From assembly GCA_963710755.1 (NCBI GenBank), contig CAVQBK010000001.1, positions 32,001 to 96,000 of the forward strand: a stretch of DNA of 64,000 nucleotides. The letters run 5' to 3'. This document shows positions 39,801 to 48,329 of the stretch, piece by piece; within the stretch, counting starts at the first letter, position 1, and each line of letters opens with the position of its first letter. The position numbers and the translations under genes were made by a program. A model generated the notes under the pieces. That model ran no database searches. It was not told the origin of the DNA and saw only the letters and a list, made by a program, of their open reading frames with translations. The stretch comes from an uncultured bacterium (lineage in GTDB: Bacteria; Oederibacteriota; JAAXVQ01; JAUVAV01).

Positions 39801-42800
39801 CTTAATGTCTCCGCTGAAGGTGCCTACAGCCACTATGAATTGAACACCTACCGTAAATCCGGAGAAGACGGTGTAGCCATGGTGGATAACATGGAGGGGT
39901 CGGACAATATTCTGTCCTTGCCCGTGGGGGCCAATGCCAATAATATCTGGTCCCCCTCCAGCCTGCCTTCCACCGGGAATTATCCCGATCCTATTGACCG
40001 CGATTATATCCGGCAATCGGTGGTATATGAATATGGCCGCACGCCCGTGGATAGCAATGACAAGAAACATCAGCTCCGCTGGGCTTATAATGGTCTTAAC
40101 AGCAACCGCTGGGATGGTTTTGTCTACCCGCTTAACAGTGCGGGCTCTAATTTGCATGAGTACCGCTTCCTGGAAATGGTCATTTATTCATCGGCAGCAG
40201 CAGCCAACACAGTCAAACTCAACGTAGATCTGGGGCTGGTCAGCGAGGATGCCAACAACAACGGCAAACTCAATTTTGAAGGCGACCGCCAGAAAAAACT
40301 CGAAGGCTATGACGTCGGTCCGATTAATACCATCGTGGGTTACGACCCTCTTACCAATCAGCCAATTATTGGCCCTGATCAGACCGCCGGTGTGAGGGGG
40401 GAAGGGATTTATCCGCAGGGCGCGCCCACCGGTTATTGGGGTGACGGCAACGGCCAGTTGGACAATGAGGACATGGACAATAACGATCAGCTGGACACAG
40501 TTGAAAGCTATTATGAATACAGCATTAATCTGCAACCGGGTTGGAATATTTACAAAATCCCGCTAAGCGGCTTTACCACCACCAGTGGTGCGGTCAATAT
40601 CAACCCCCAGGATCAGACGTTTATGAGTTTTGTCAAACATGTGCGCATGTGGATGACAGGTCAGACTTCGGCAGATCAGAGTGGGTACGTGCAGTTTGAA
40701 TCCATCAGCCTGACAGGGAACAAATGGCAGCCCATGGTGGCGCCAGGAGCAGTGGATGCGTTGGGCAATTCCATTAGCGCCGTACCTTCCAATAAAATCA
40801 ATGCCACGGCTATCAGCCTGGAGACGGACAGCCACTATGTGCCTAATACCTTTTTCTACATCATTGATGAATTGCAAAATGAACAACAGCAGTTGCTCAA
40901 CGAAAAATCTCTGAAATTGGAATATGATTTGACCAGTCAGGATGTGACCGATCCTGCGGATAGCCAATGTAACACGCCGGCCTATTACTTTACCCGCACC
41001 TTAACCACGGCCAGTCAGGGGTATGATTACTCCCGATACCGGTATTTGCGGCTTGATATCTATAAGCAAACCCAGACGGCGGCCGGCGAATATGTCTTTG
41101 TGCGTCTGGGTATTGATGACAACAATTATTATGAATACCGCGTGCCATTGGACCAGGTGCAACCCATGAGCGCTTGGCATACGGTGACTCTGGAATTGGA
41201 TGGCCGCGATGGAGAACGGCGGGAAGTGTTCGGGGAGAACATCCTGCGAGGACTCAATAATATCAAAACCATCTCCATGGGAGTGTATAATCCCAATGCC
41301 ACCGCTGCGCTTGAGTCCATTTGGATCAACAATCTGCGCGTTACCGGCGCCCGTTCCAAGCAAGGCATGGCCTATCGCATAAGCACCTCCACTAAATGGG
41401 GCGACGTTTTTACCATTCGTACAGACCATCGCGACGTGGATTCCGACTTCTTCACTATCGATGAAACGCCGGTGGGCAAGCAGCGTCAGGTCAGCGAATT
41501 GGTGGCGGGAACGATGACCAAGTTTAGTTTTATGCCGGTGGATGTGAGCTGGTCCAGAAACGAAAGTTATACGGAGCAGGATAACCGCGATGATTTTTCC
41601 TACTCCAATAATTTTTCCACCCCCGATCTTACCACCGAAACTTTTGCGGGCAACCTCGGCTACAGCCAGATCCCCGGATTGGACATATCCGTTCACACCA
41701 ATCGCAGCCGCAGTGTTCGTGAATATATTGTCCAGCGCACCCAGCCCAACAGCATTGAAGAGACGTCCTCGGTTAATCCCCAGGTTTCTTACTCCTTGCC
41801 GGACCGGCTATTTAATGTGCCTATAGGAACAACCACGATTAGCGGTAAGGTAACCTATACGGACACGCACACCATGTATAATCAGGCGGATGTGGACAGC
41901 CTGGACAACAGCACCACGGCCAGCGATGCTTATTATTCCCGCTGGCAGCACAGTTTGGAAGAGAGCTATACCTATTCCGGCAATTATTCGCCTATCCGGT
42001 TCGTACGCCTCACCCCGCAGTTTACTTATTCACGGACACGTAATCGCGGGTTTCTGTCGCTTTACCGTTATTATTATAGGGATAATTATGATCTGAATTC
42101 GCAGGGCCGCTATTATTCCGATGATTACCGGGATGCCCATTTGAACAAGATTGCCAAATTAAATGTCAACATCAGCAGCATTCCTGTGTTCTCGCCATCC
42201 CTAAGCTATACCATGACCAATGACCGCGATTATATCCAGGACTCGCTGTCCACGCCGGGGACGTTGAGCATCCAGTCGGGTATTAATCTGGGGGATATTC
42301 TGGGATGGAATGCTTTCCCGCAACTTAATTTCACCGAAACCTATTCCCGGTCGGCCACTTTTAAATATGAACAGGATAATCAAACTATCGATCAGCTGGA
42401 TTTTCAGGACATGTGGCTTATCAATTTCGTGAATTTCCAGGACGATAATGAAAAGTTAAACAATGCTTACATCAATTCCAGAAAGAAGACGGATAGCCTG
42501 ACTGCCAACATCAATTTTATCCCCAATGTCACCCTGTCGCCGCAATATTCCACCAGCTGGACTAAAAACATGAATACCAGGGATAACTATATCACCACCG
42601 AGACCGAATCCCTGGGGGGGACGTTCAATTGGACCAAGGTGCCCTCTTTTGACTGGCTGGCCTTTCAAACGCTTAATTTGGACTATCGTTATGATTTGAA
42701 CCAACAGTTGAATGCCAAAAACATTATTTCCACCAAGAACACGACCCACACCACGACTCTGACTATTCCTTTCCGTTTGACCAGTGATTTAGGCGGTACA

Positions 42801-43229
42801 TTAACGGGAAAATTGATCAATGAACGACAAGCTTCAGGAGATGCGTTGAATAAAGAACTGTTGGAAAATGAATATAATGCCGGCATTTCCTTTAATTACA
42901 ATCTCAACATGGTGGACCCTATCCGGCTGCCCAATTTCTGGCCTTTTAACGGCGCGCTGATGAAGTTGGAACAGACCTTGAGACTTACCAACTATTTCAA
43001 TATCAAATTCACCAACAATCAGGAATACTTTAATCATAAACTCTTAGAAACCTCTCTTTACAAAAAGGATATCACGGAGTATTCCAATGACACGACCATT
43101 AATTATTCGCTCTGGCGTAATGTAGAAGGGGACATCAAACTGACGAATCAATGGTACTTTGACAAAGTAGAACCAAGCCATAACTATTATGCCATCAGTC
43201 TTAAAGCAGGCATCACAGCCATTTTTTAA
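36813..43229 (+). CDS. Giant outer-membrane protein: signal peptide, three FN3-like repeats, SprA/Sov-like (T9SS translocon-like) body
   Basis: FN3 patterns (PPTGV..W..Y..YYY..VD..GN.S) x3; SprA-N-like QELQVRLEGKVGKKITVDVDYDD..YAGDPDEVVQEAAFGDI..LFGAK; DYxxDY repeats; long amphipathic beta C-terminus ending in Phe. Confidence 0.78.
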   Translation: MFLKQILKVSVGITSILFLAVIWSWSFGWAAETPASGPLAETITVPKNDPVDVQGNSPVASGSGNSIGATSTVVNSRLMPPTGVEARSGGDRVLIAWEPAPPAGNNKLSYQLFRAESPLSGYWDKTWPAPLNPSPLRVEYFLDMPGFSSSPPEKGKTYYYSLISVDGQGNSSAASAPLKVLNIPMLCEPGAVEATAGNQSVHLKWLPSFSGGEFGLCGYMIFRSTEKGQLGSPLFTEPIKTEDYTDRGDNQQGLVNGKTYYYTFFSEDNAGNRSQVPVVVKATPFAPPTSPLQINATPKSDDMITLTWSPSTAGSYGLKGYQIYRKSDKETEFGAPINKTLVIGTTFVDSEENSISKPILGREYTYVVRAVDTQDHESPPSEGAVASPLTPIAIPKQGILSTAIPGLPPDSSLTISGRKKIDIGYTDIISLSESENANPVPSLGSGLTDGFNLEQELQVRLEGKVGKKITVDVDYDDTQEEQRKISIQYAGDPDEVVQEAAFGDINLDLDKTEFAGYNKNLFGAKVKVGYNGFNLTAIGAQTKGITVTESFQGNTSPKKIDIADTSFVAYKYYYLTKDWPNQVNHYDLPIYASKQAFYSDSNPNQKIHGIVPQSVEIWVRDGLNDTNSRAASNTTTANIFFNRFSPGIDYTVDYQVGVINFTRPITRTWSIAVAYRYRDANDVEHSVGYDPNGQINLDYATLQVPVDGKTSDSAHLIQDYNTNDPNLSKNYIMMLMQRYNLGYQNIVDPQSDREFVIKIYKSNGEEYPLPLPTDTLNAEKIYSIDPTFGTISFRHDYPFTANTLQDPSLRYKSDIYNNGLEDAYSSVYNTTLGGSNNSIANNISIHVEFKNTISTFNLSHWNVIKDSEVIRKDGLKMQRNTDYFIDYDTGFITFLNPDSIASSSDISITYEYLPFGGKYQTNLFGARAEYDIIDKRLTIGSTFLYNASQTPMDIPDVNSAPTSLAIYDGDVQLNLNPKDFSDMLNPLVGETKIPLSLNVSAEGAYSHYELNTYRKSGEDGVAMVDNMEGSDNILSLPVGANANNIWSPSSLPSTGNYPDPIDRDYIRQSVVYEYGRTPVDSNDKKHQLRWAYNGLNSNRWDGFVYPLNSAGSNLHEYRFLEMVIYSSAAAANTVKLNVDLGLVSEDANNNGKLNFEGDRQKKLEGYDVGPINTIVGYDPLTNQPIIGPDQTAGVRGEGIYPQGAPTGYWGDGNGQLDNEDMDNNDQLDTVESYYEYSINLQPGWNIYKIPLSGFTTTSGAVNINPQDQTFMSFVKHVRMWMTGQTSADQSGYVQFESISLTGNKWQPMVAPGAVDALGNSISAVPSNKINATAISLETDSHYVPNTFFYIIDELQNEQQQLLNEKSLKLEYDLTSQDVTDPADSQCNTPAYYFTRTLTTASQGYDYSRYRYLRLDIYKQTQTAAGEYVFVRLGIDDNNYYEYRVPLDQVQPMSAWHTVTLELDGRDGERREVFGENILRGLNNIKTISMGVYNPNATAALESIWINNLRVTGARSKQGMAYRISTSTKWGDVFTIRTDHRDVDSDFFTIDETPVGKQRQVSELVAGTMTKFSFMPVDVSWSRNESYTEQDNRDDFSYSNNFSTPDLTTETFAGNLGYSQIPGLDISVHTNRSRSVREYIVQRTQPNSIEETSSVNPQVSYSLPDRLFNVPIGTTTISGKVTYTDTHTMYNQADVDSLDNSTTASDAYYSRWQHSLEESYTYSGNYSPIRFVRLTPQFTYSRTRNRGFLSLYRYYYRDNYDLNSQGRYYSDDYRDAHLNKIAKLNVNISSIPVFSPSLSYTMTNDRDYIQDSLSTPGTLSIQSGINLGDILGWNAFPQLNFTETYSRSATFKYEQDNQTIDQLDFQDMWLINFVNFQDDNEKLNNAYINSRKKTDSLTANINFIPNVTLSPQYSTSWTKNMNTRDNYITTETESLGGTFNWTKVPSFDWLAFQTLNLDYRYDLNQQLNAKNIISTKNTTHTTTLTIPFRLTSDLGGTLTGKLINERQASGDALNKELLENEYNAGISFNYNLNMVDPIRLPNFWPFNGALMKLEQTLRLTNYFNIKFTNNQEYFNHKLLETSLYKKDITEYSNDTTINYSLWRNVEGDIKLTNQWYFDKVEPSHNYYAISLKAGITAIF

Positions 43230-43231
43230 TA

Positions 43232-43434
43232 CATCCGCACTTCCTCGACTGTGTCGCGGCCCAGTGTTCCGCCTACCCCCAATCAATTTAGAGGAGAGGG
43301 TTAGGGTGAGGGGACTATTTAAAAGTTTTTAAAACAAAAACTATTGTAACCCCTCATCCTGCACCTTCTCCCCTCTGATGAGGGGAGAAGGGATTATTAA
43401 GCGTCGCGACACAGTTTCGAAAAGTGCGGGGATG
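43232..43434. repeat. Nested inverted-repeat element (MITE/REP-like)
   Basis: Outer CATCCGCACTT/AAGTGCGGGGATG; middle ACTGTGTCGCG/CGCGACACAGT; inner GGAGAGGGTTAGGGTGAGGGG/CCCCTCATCCTGCACCTTCTCC plus hairpin CCTTCTCCCCTC-TGAT-GAGGGGAGAAGG. Confidence 0.8.
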
Positions 43435-43470
43435 AAGCGACAATAAAAATATTAATCTTCTTTCTTTTAT

Positions 43471-43508
43471 ATTTAAATACCCCGCAACTCATTGCGGGGT
43501 ATTTAAAT
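43471..43508. terminator. Perfect 17-bp hairpin (terminator or REP-like)
   Basis: ATTTAAATACCCCGCAA-CTCA-TTGCGGGGTATTTAAAT. Confidence 0.65.
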
Positions 43509-43751
43509 CGACGTTTAGTCGCATAAGCCTCTTACCCTTCCATTTTTCTTCCAGATGGGCACGGCCAAAGCTATACACATGAAATAGGAATCAGTTTTCT
43601 TGACCTGACTCGACTAATCCGAATATTTAAGGGACAACTACCTCAAAGAAATCAAGTCTATGACCTTGTCTGATCCGCTATGACCTATTAAGAAATCGCC
43701 TCAAATACCGTAACTTCAGTCAGATTAAATGATTGAGGTTGAGGAGGAATT

Positions 43752-45953
43752 ATGCGCTGGCGGCGAATACCAATGGGGCTGTTATTAGTGGCAATTGGGA
43801 TCTGCTCTTTATCCAAACCGGTCAACGCTGTGGAAAGTTTCAGTCCGGTGACCGAACTTTTGCTCTTCAGCGATGAGATTATGGTCATGTCCGCTACCAA
43901 GCGACTGCAAAAATTGTCCGAAGTTCCCGGATCGGTCACCATTATTACGGAGAAAGAAATCAAACAAAGCGGGGCCTTGACCATCTTTGAAGCTCTGCGT
44001 AATTTGGCTGACATTACTATTATAAATGAGGGGTTGTTCAATACCATTCGCTTTCGTAGTATGCAGGCGGCTTACAATAACAAAATTCTCGTACTTATTG
44101 ACGGCCGGAAAGTCAACACCATGGACTGGGGAAATTTTGACGGCGATCTGGGCATTAACTTGGCCAATGTTAAACAGATTGAGGTTATTAAAGGCCCGGG
44201 ATCATCTCTGTATGGCGCCAACGCCTATGCCGGAGTGATCAGTATTGTCACCAAAGACGGCGCCGAGATCGGCGGGTTGAAAACCGATATAAGCGTGGGC
44301 AACAAACCGGGAGACAGGGAAGTGTCCCAAAAATATAGTTTAACTTATGGTAAGAAAATGGACGATCTGGATTGCAAGATATCCGCCAGCTATTGGCGTG
44401 CATCGGGTATTGATCTTTACGATGGTCCTCATCCCAACGATCTTTTTGACGGTGAAGAAGCCAGTTTTGCGTTGAAATACAAAGATGATTGGATGGTTCA
44501 AGGTGGTTACCATAAATCCAGCTCACCCTGGAACGGCTCGGAATACAATCCTACTCCTAAAAATACGGAGGATTTAGAACAGCTTTATTTGGACGGCACT
44601 TACAGTTTGGCTTTGAATGACCTTTCCAAATTAAAACTACACCTGACCGACAATTACAATTTAAAACGATACATCCATACCGAATTATGGAATCTTGACC
44701 GCCAAAAAATTAACACTATTAATGACTTACCTTCACCAGCACCGATTATGATTGTAACCGATAAAGGAAACACGGAGCCCATCGACAATGCCGTGGGGGG
44801 ATATTACATTGGGCTTAATGACTTTTTACGCGTGATCGACAGCAGTGCCCTGAGTATGGAGGATCTCGGTTTGGGCCGCATGAATGAATTCATGGCGGAT
44901 TTACAGTATGACCTGGCCTGGCCGCAAAACAATTATTTGCTGGCCGGCCTTAGTCTCAAATACGATTGGAGCAATCAGGATTATTTCAAACAGGATGTGG
45001 TGACCGATACAAATTATGCGGTTTACCTGCAGGATGAATATCATCTGGGTGATCAATTAATCCTGCTTAGCGGCATCCGCTATGATTATAACCAAGATTA
45101 TGGCAGCAATACCAGCCCGCGGGAAAGCCTGATCTACGAACCCTTAAAAGGCCTGCGCATGAAAGCTCTCTATGGCAGCGCTTTCCGGGCGCCGGTAATT
45201 CTTGAACGCTACACCCTTACCGATTATGGGTTTTATGAAGCCACGGGTAATTTGGATCTGAAACCGGAAAGCATTCAACAAAGTGAAGCCAGTGTTGAAT
45301 ATGAAAACGGCCAGTGGTTAAAAGCCAAAGCCGGTTACTTTTACTGGGAAACCGCCAATGAAATCCAGTTTGATTACACGATGGGCAGGCTTTTTGTTTA
45401 TAGCCCGGATTTGAGCTTGATCAGCCCGCTCATGCCCGCATTGCCCGGGTTGTTATATGCCGGGGAATTAAATGCCGCGCCTGCCCTGGTAAGCTGGGGT
45501 AATGCCAACAGCCGCATTGGCCACGGGCTGGAACTGGAGACCACCATTACGCCTAATGAGTTTACTCAAATACAATTAAATTACAGCCGCACCACCCTAT
45601 ATGCCCGAAACAGACCTCAGGCTCCGGAATGGGCTGAAGGGGTGGCCGATATTGCCAATGCCATTGTGGGACTGCATTTTAAGGATCTGGTCTTCATGAA
45701 TTTTTATGCTCATGCCGGACGCAGTCCCATGACCGTTAATGTGGATCCCGATGCCGGTCTAGGTCTGGCAGTGGAAGCCCATTGGCTGCAACAGTACGAT
45801 ATCAGTCTGGGGGGACAATATGAGGGGTTTAGCTTAGTGGCTACGGCCTTTAACATCTTTCACAATGCCATAGTTTATGACAGCCGTTATAGCCAATCTT
45901 TGGAAGGGCCAACCATCTATCGGCTGAATGCTTCTTATACCCTGAAATTTTAA
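43752..45953 (+). CDS. TonB-dependent receptor, array copy 1
   Basis: Signal peptide; plug motifs NNKILVLIDG, QIEVIKGPGSSLYGANAYAGVI; NLDLKPE; C-terminal YTLKF. Confidence 0.93.
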   Translation: MRWRRIPMGLLLVAIGICSLSKPVNAVESFSPVTELLLFSDEIMVMSATKRLQKLSEVPGSVTIITEKEIKQSGALTIFEALRNLADITIINEGLFNTIRFRSMQAAYNNKILVLIDGRKVNTMDWGNFDGDLGINLANVKQIEVIKGPGSSLYGANAYAGVISIVTKDGAEIGGLKTDISVGNKPGDREVSQKYSLTYGKKMDDLDCKISASYWRASGIDLYDGPHPNDLFDGEEASFALKYKDDWMVQGGYHKSSSPWNGSEYNPTPKNTEDLEQLYLDGTYSLALNDLSKLKLHLTDNYNLKRYIHTELWNLDRQKINTINDLPSPAPIMIVTDKGNTEPIDNAVGGYYIGLNDFLRVIDSSALSMEDLGLGRMNEFMADLQYDLAWPQNNYLLAGLSLKYDWSNQDYFKQDVVTDTNYAVYLQDEYHLGDQLILLSGIRYDYNQDYGSNTSPRESLIYEPLKGLRMKALYGSAFRAPVILERYTLTDYGFYEATGNLDLKPESIQQSEASVEYENGQWLKAKAGYFYWETANEIQFDYTMGRLFVYSPDLSLISPLMPALPGLLYAGELNAAPALVSWGNANSRIGHGLELETTITPNEFTQIQLNYSRTTLYARNRPQAPEWAEGVADIANAIVGLHFKDLVFMNFYAHAGRSPMTVNVDPDAGLGLAVEAHWLQQYDISLGGQYEGFSLVATAFNIFHNAIVYDSRYSQSLEGPTIYRLNASYTLKF

Positions 45954-46004
45954 AAAGGTCGAGCTGACCAGAGAAGACAGGGATCCCAAGGAGGGGAAAG
46001 GTAA

Positions 46005-48200
46005 ATGAAAAAATATCTCGTTATAGGGCTGATGGTTTTGACGATGACCGCTGTATGCAGGCCGCTTCTTCATGCCATGGACAGCTTTAGTCCGGTAACA
46101 GAGCTCATGCTCTTTAGTGATGAGATTATGGTCATGTCCGCCACCAAGCGCTTACAAAAGCTTTCGGAAGTACCTGGGTCGGTTACAATTATTACTGGAA
46201 AAGAGATCAGGGAAAGCGGGGCCCTGACCATCTTTGAAGCGCTGCGCAATATGACCAATGTGGCCGTCCTCAACGAGGGATTGTTCGATTCACTCCGCTT
46301 TCGGGGCATGCAATCAGCTTCCAATAATAAAATCCTGGTTTTGGTGGATGGCCGAAAAATCAACACTTTGGATGTGGGCAATTATGACGGGAAATACGGA
46401 ACGGATTTAAGCAACGTCAAGCAGATCGAAGTCATTAAAGGACCTGGGTCTTCGTTGTATGGGGCCAATGCTTATGCCGGTGTTATCAATATTGTCACCA
46501 TGGACGGCGTGGATATCGGAGGCGTTAAAACCGATGTCAGTATTGGCAATAAACCGGGCGATTTTGAGCTTTCACAGAAATACAACCTTGCTTATGGCGA
46601 TAAAAAAGGAGATTTGGATTACAAAGTCACTGCCGGTTATTGGCGCGCCCTTGGTGTGGACCTGGTCAATGTGGATCATCCCAATGACTTATTCACCGGG
46701 GCCGATGCCAATTTCAAACTTAAGTTCAAAGATACTTGGATGGTGCAGGGCGGCTATCTCAATGCCACGACTCCTTGGGATGGTTCGACCTTTACGCCGA
46801 CGCCACGTAATCATGAAAAGCAGGACGTGTTTTATTTGGATGGAACCTATAAACTCGAGCTCAATGAGTTATCCAGTCTTAAGCTGCACTTAACGGACAA
46901 TTATTATGTCAACCATATGGTGGAAACAGAAACATGGGATCTTGATAGGCAAAAGATCAACAGTTCGGCAGACCTGCCCGTGCCGACGCCTCAGATAATT
47001 GTCACCGACAAGGGACTGATGGAATCGGTAGACAAGGCCAATGGACAATATTATATCGGCGTCAATGATCTGTTTCGTATTGTCAGCGGCAGTGCCCTGG
47101 AGATGATCGAGTTGGGCAAGGGGCGTCTCAATGGGCTTATGCTCGAGTTGCAATACGACCTCGCCTGGCCGCAGAACAACTACCTTTTGGCCGGACTTAG
47201 TTTTGACTACAATTGGGTTGATCAAAATTATATTTTTGGTGGTCAAGTAACAGATCAAAATTATGCGGTTTACCTGCAGGATGAATATCATCTGGCTGAT
47301 CGATTGATCTTACTTAGTGGACTTCGTTATGATTACAATCAGGATTACGGTAGTGACCTCAGCCCCAGGGAAAGTTTGATCTACGAACCGCTGAAAGGCC
47401 TGCGATTCAAAGCCCTTTACGGCAGTGCCTTTAGAGCTCCGGTTTTCTTGGAACGCTACACCAACACCGATTACGGTTTTTACGAGGCCAATGGCAATCC
47501 TGATCTCAAACCGGAAAGTGTTCAGCAAAGTGAAGCCAGTGTGGAATATGAACTGGGTAAATGGCTTAAGACCAAGGCCGCCTATTTTTACTGGGAAACA
47601 GCCAATGAAATTCAGTTTGCCTACACCTTGGGGTCACTCTATGTCTATTCACCTGATTTGAGCCTGATCAGTCCCCTATTGCCCCCTGTTCCCGGCTTGT
47701 TTTACACGGAGCAGTTGAATATCGCCCCTGCCTTTGTGAGCTGGGATAATTCCAACAGCCGTATAGGCCATGGTGTGGAGCTGGAAACCACAGTGGAACC
47801 CACGCCCTTCACCCGGCTGCAATTAAATTACAGCCGAATTAACCTCTATGCCCGAAAATTATCGGTGGCTCCGGAATGGGCCAGCGGTACCAGCGACATC
47901 GCCAATGCGGTTCTAGGGTTGCATTATCAGGATTTAATATTTCTTAATTTTTACGCCCACACGGCCCGCGTGCCTGTGGCTTATGGCGATAACTTCTTGG
48001 CAATAGAAAACAACAAGATTGAATCCAAATGGGTGCAACAATACGATGTGAGCCTGGGTTGTAACATAGCAGGATTCAGTGTGGTGGCGGCAGCGTTTGA
48101 TATTTTTAACAACCCTATAGACTACAACGAACAAACCGGAGACTACTTGCGAGGCAAACCACTGTATCGCGTGAATGCTTCCTATACATTGTCCTTCTGA
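46005..48200 (+). CDS. TonB-dependent receptor, array copy 2
   Basis: Same plug motifs, GNPDLKPE, C-terminal YTLSF. Confidence 0.93.
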   Translation: MKKYLVIGLMVLTMTAVCRPLLHAMDSFSPVTELMLFSDEIMVMSATKRLQKLSEVPGSVTIITGKEIRESGALTIFEALRNMTNVAVLNEGLFDSLRFRGMQSASNNKILVLVDGRKINTLDVGNYDGKYGTDLSNVKQIEVIKGPGSSLYGANAYAGVINIVTMDGVDIGGVKTDVSIGNKPGDFELSQKYNLAYGDKKGDLDYKVTAGYWRALGVDLVNVDHPNDLFTGADANFKLKFKDTWMVQGGYLNATTPWDGSTFTPTPRNHEKQDVFYLDGTYKLELNELSSLKLHLTDNYYVNHMVETETWDLDRQKINSSADLPVPTPQIIVTDKGLMESVDKANGQYYIGVNDLFRIVSGSALEMIELGKGRLNGLMLELQYDLAWPQNNYLLAGLSFDYNWVDQNYIFGGQVTDQNYAVYLQDEYHLADRLILLSGLRYDYNQDYGSDLSPRESLIYEPLKGLRFKALYGSAFRAPVFLERYTNTDYGFYEANGNPDLKPESVQQSEASVEYELGKWLKTKAAYFYWETANEIQFAYTLGSLYVYSPDLSLISPLLPPVPGLFYTEQLNIAPAFVSWDNSNSRIGHGVELETTVEPTPFTRLQLNYSRINLYARKLSVAPEWASGTSDIANAVLGLHYQDLIFLNFYAHTARVPVAYGDNFLAIENNKIESKWVQQYDVSLGCNIAGFSVVAAAFDIFNNPIDYNEQTGDYLRGKPLYRVNASYTLSF

Positions 48201-48329
48201 TAGGTTTGGAGCGCATTGATTGACGAAGAAAAATATTAGATTCGGCCTTGATCTGATTAAAAAATGGTTAATTTTCCAAATACTACGCCGAAACTTTGGA
48301 CGAAAACAAAGTAAATGAGGGATGGGCTT

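Noticed and set aside
43509-43751. Cobalamin riboswitch or Fur box ahead of the receptors
   Set aside because: No GGGAA..GCCCCCGC/B12-box core and no GATAATGATAATCATTATC-like site visible by eye
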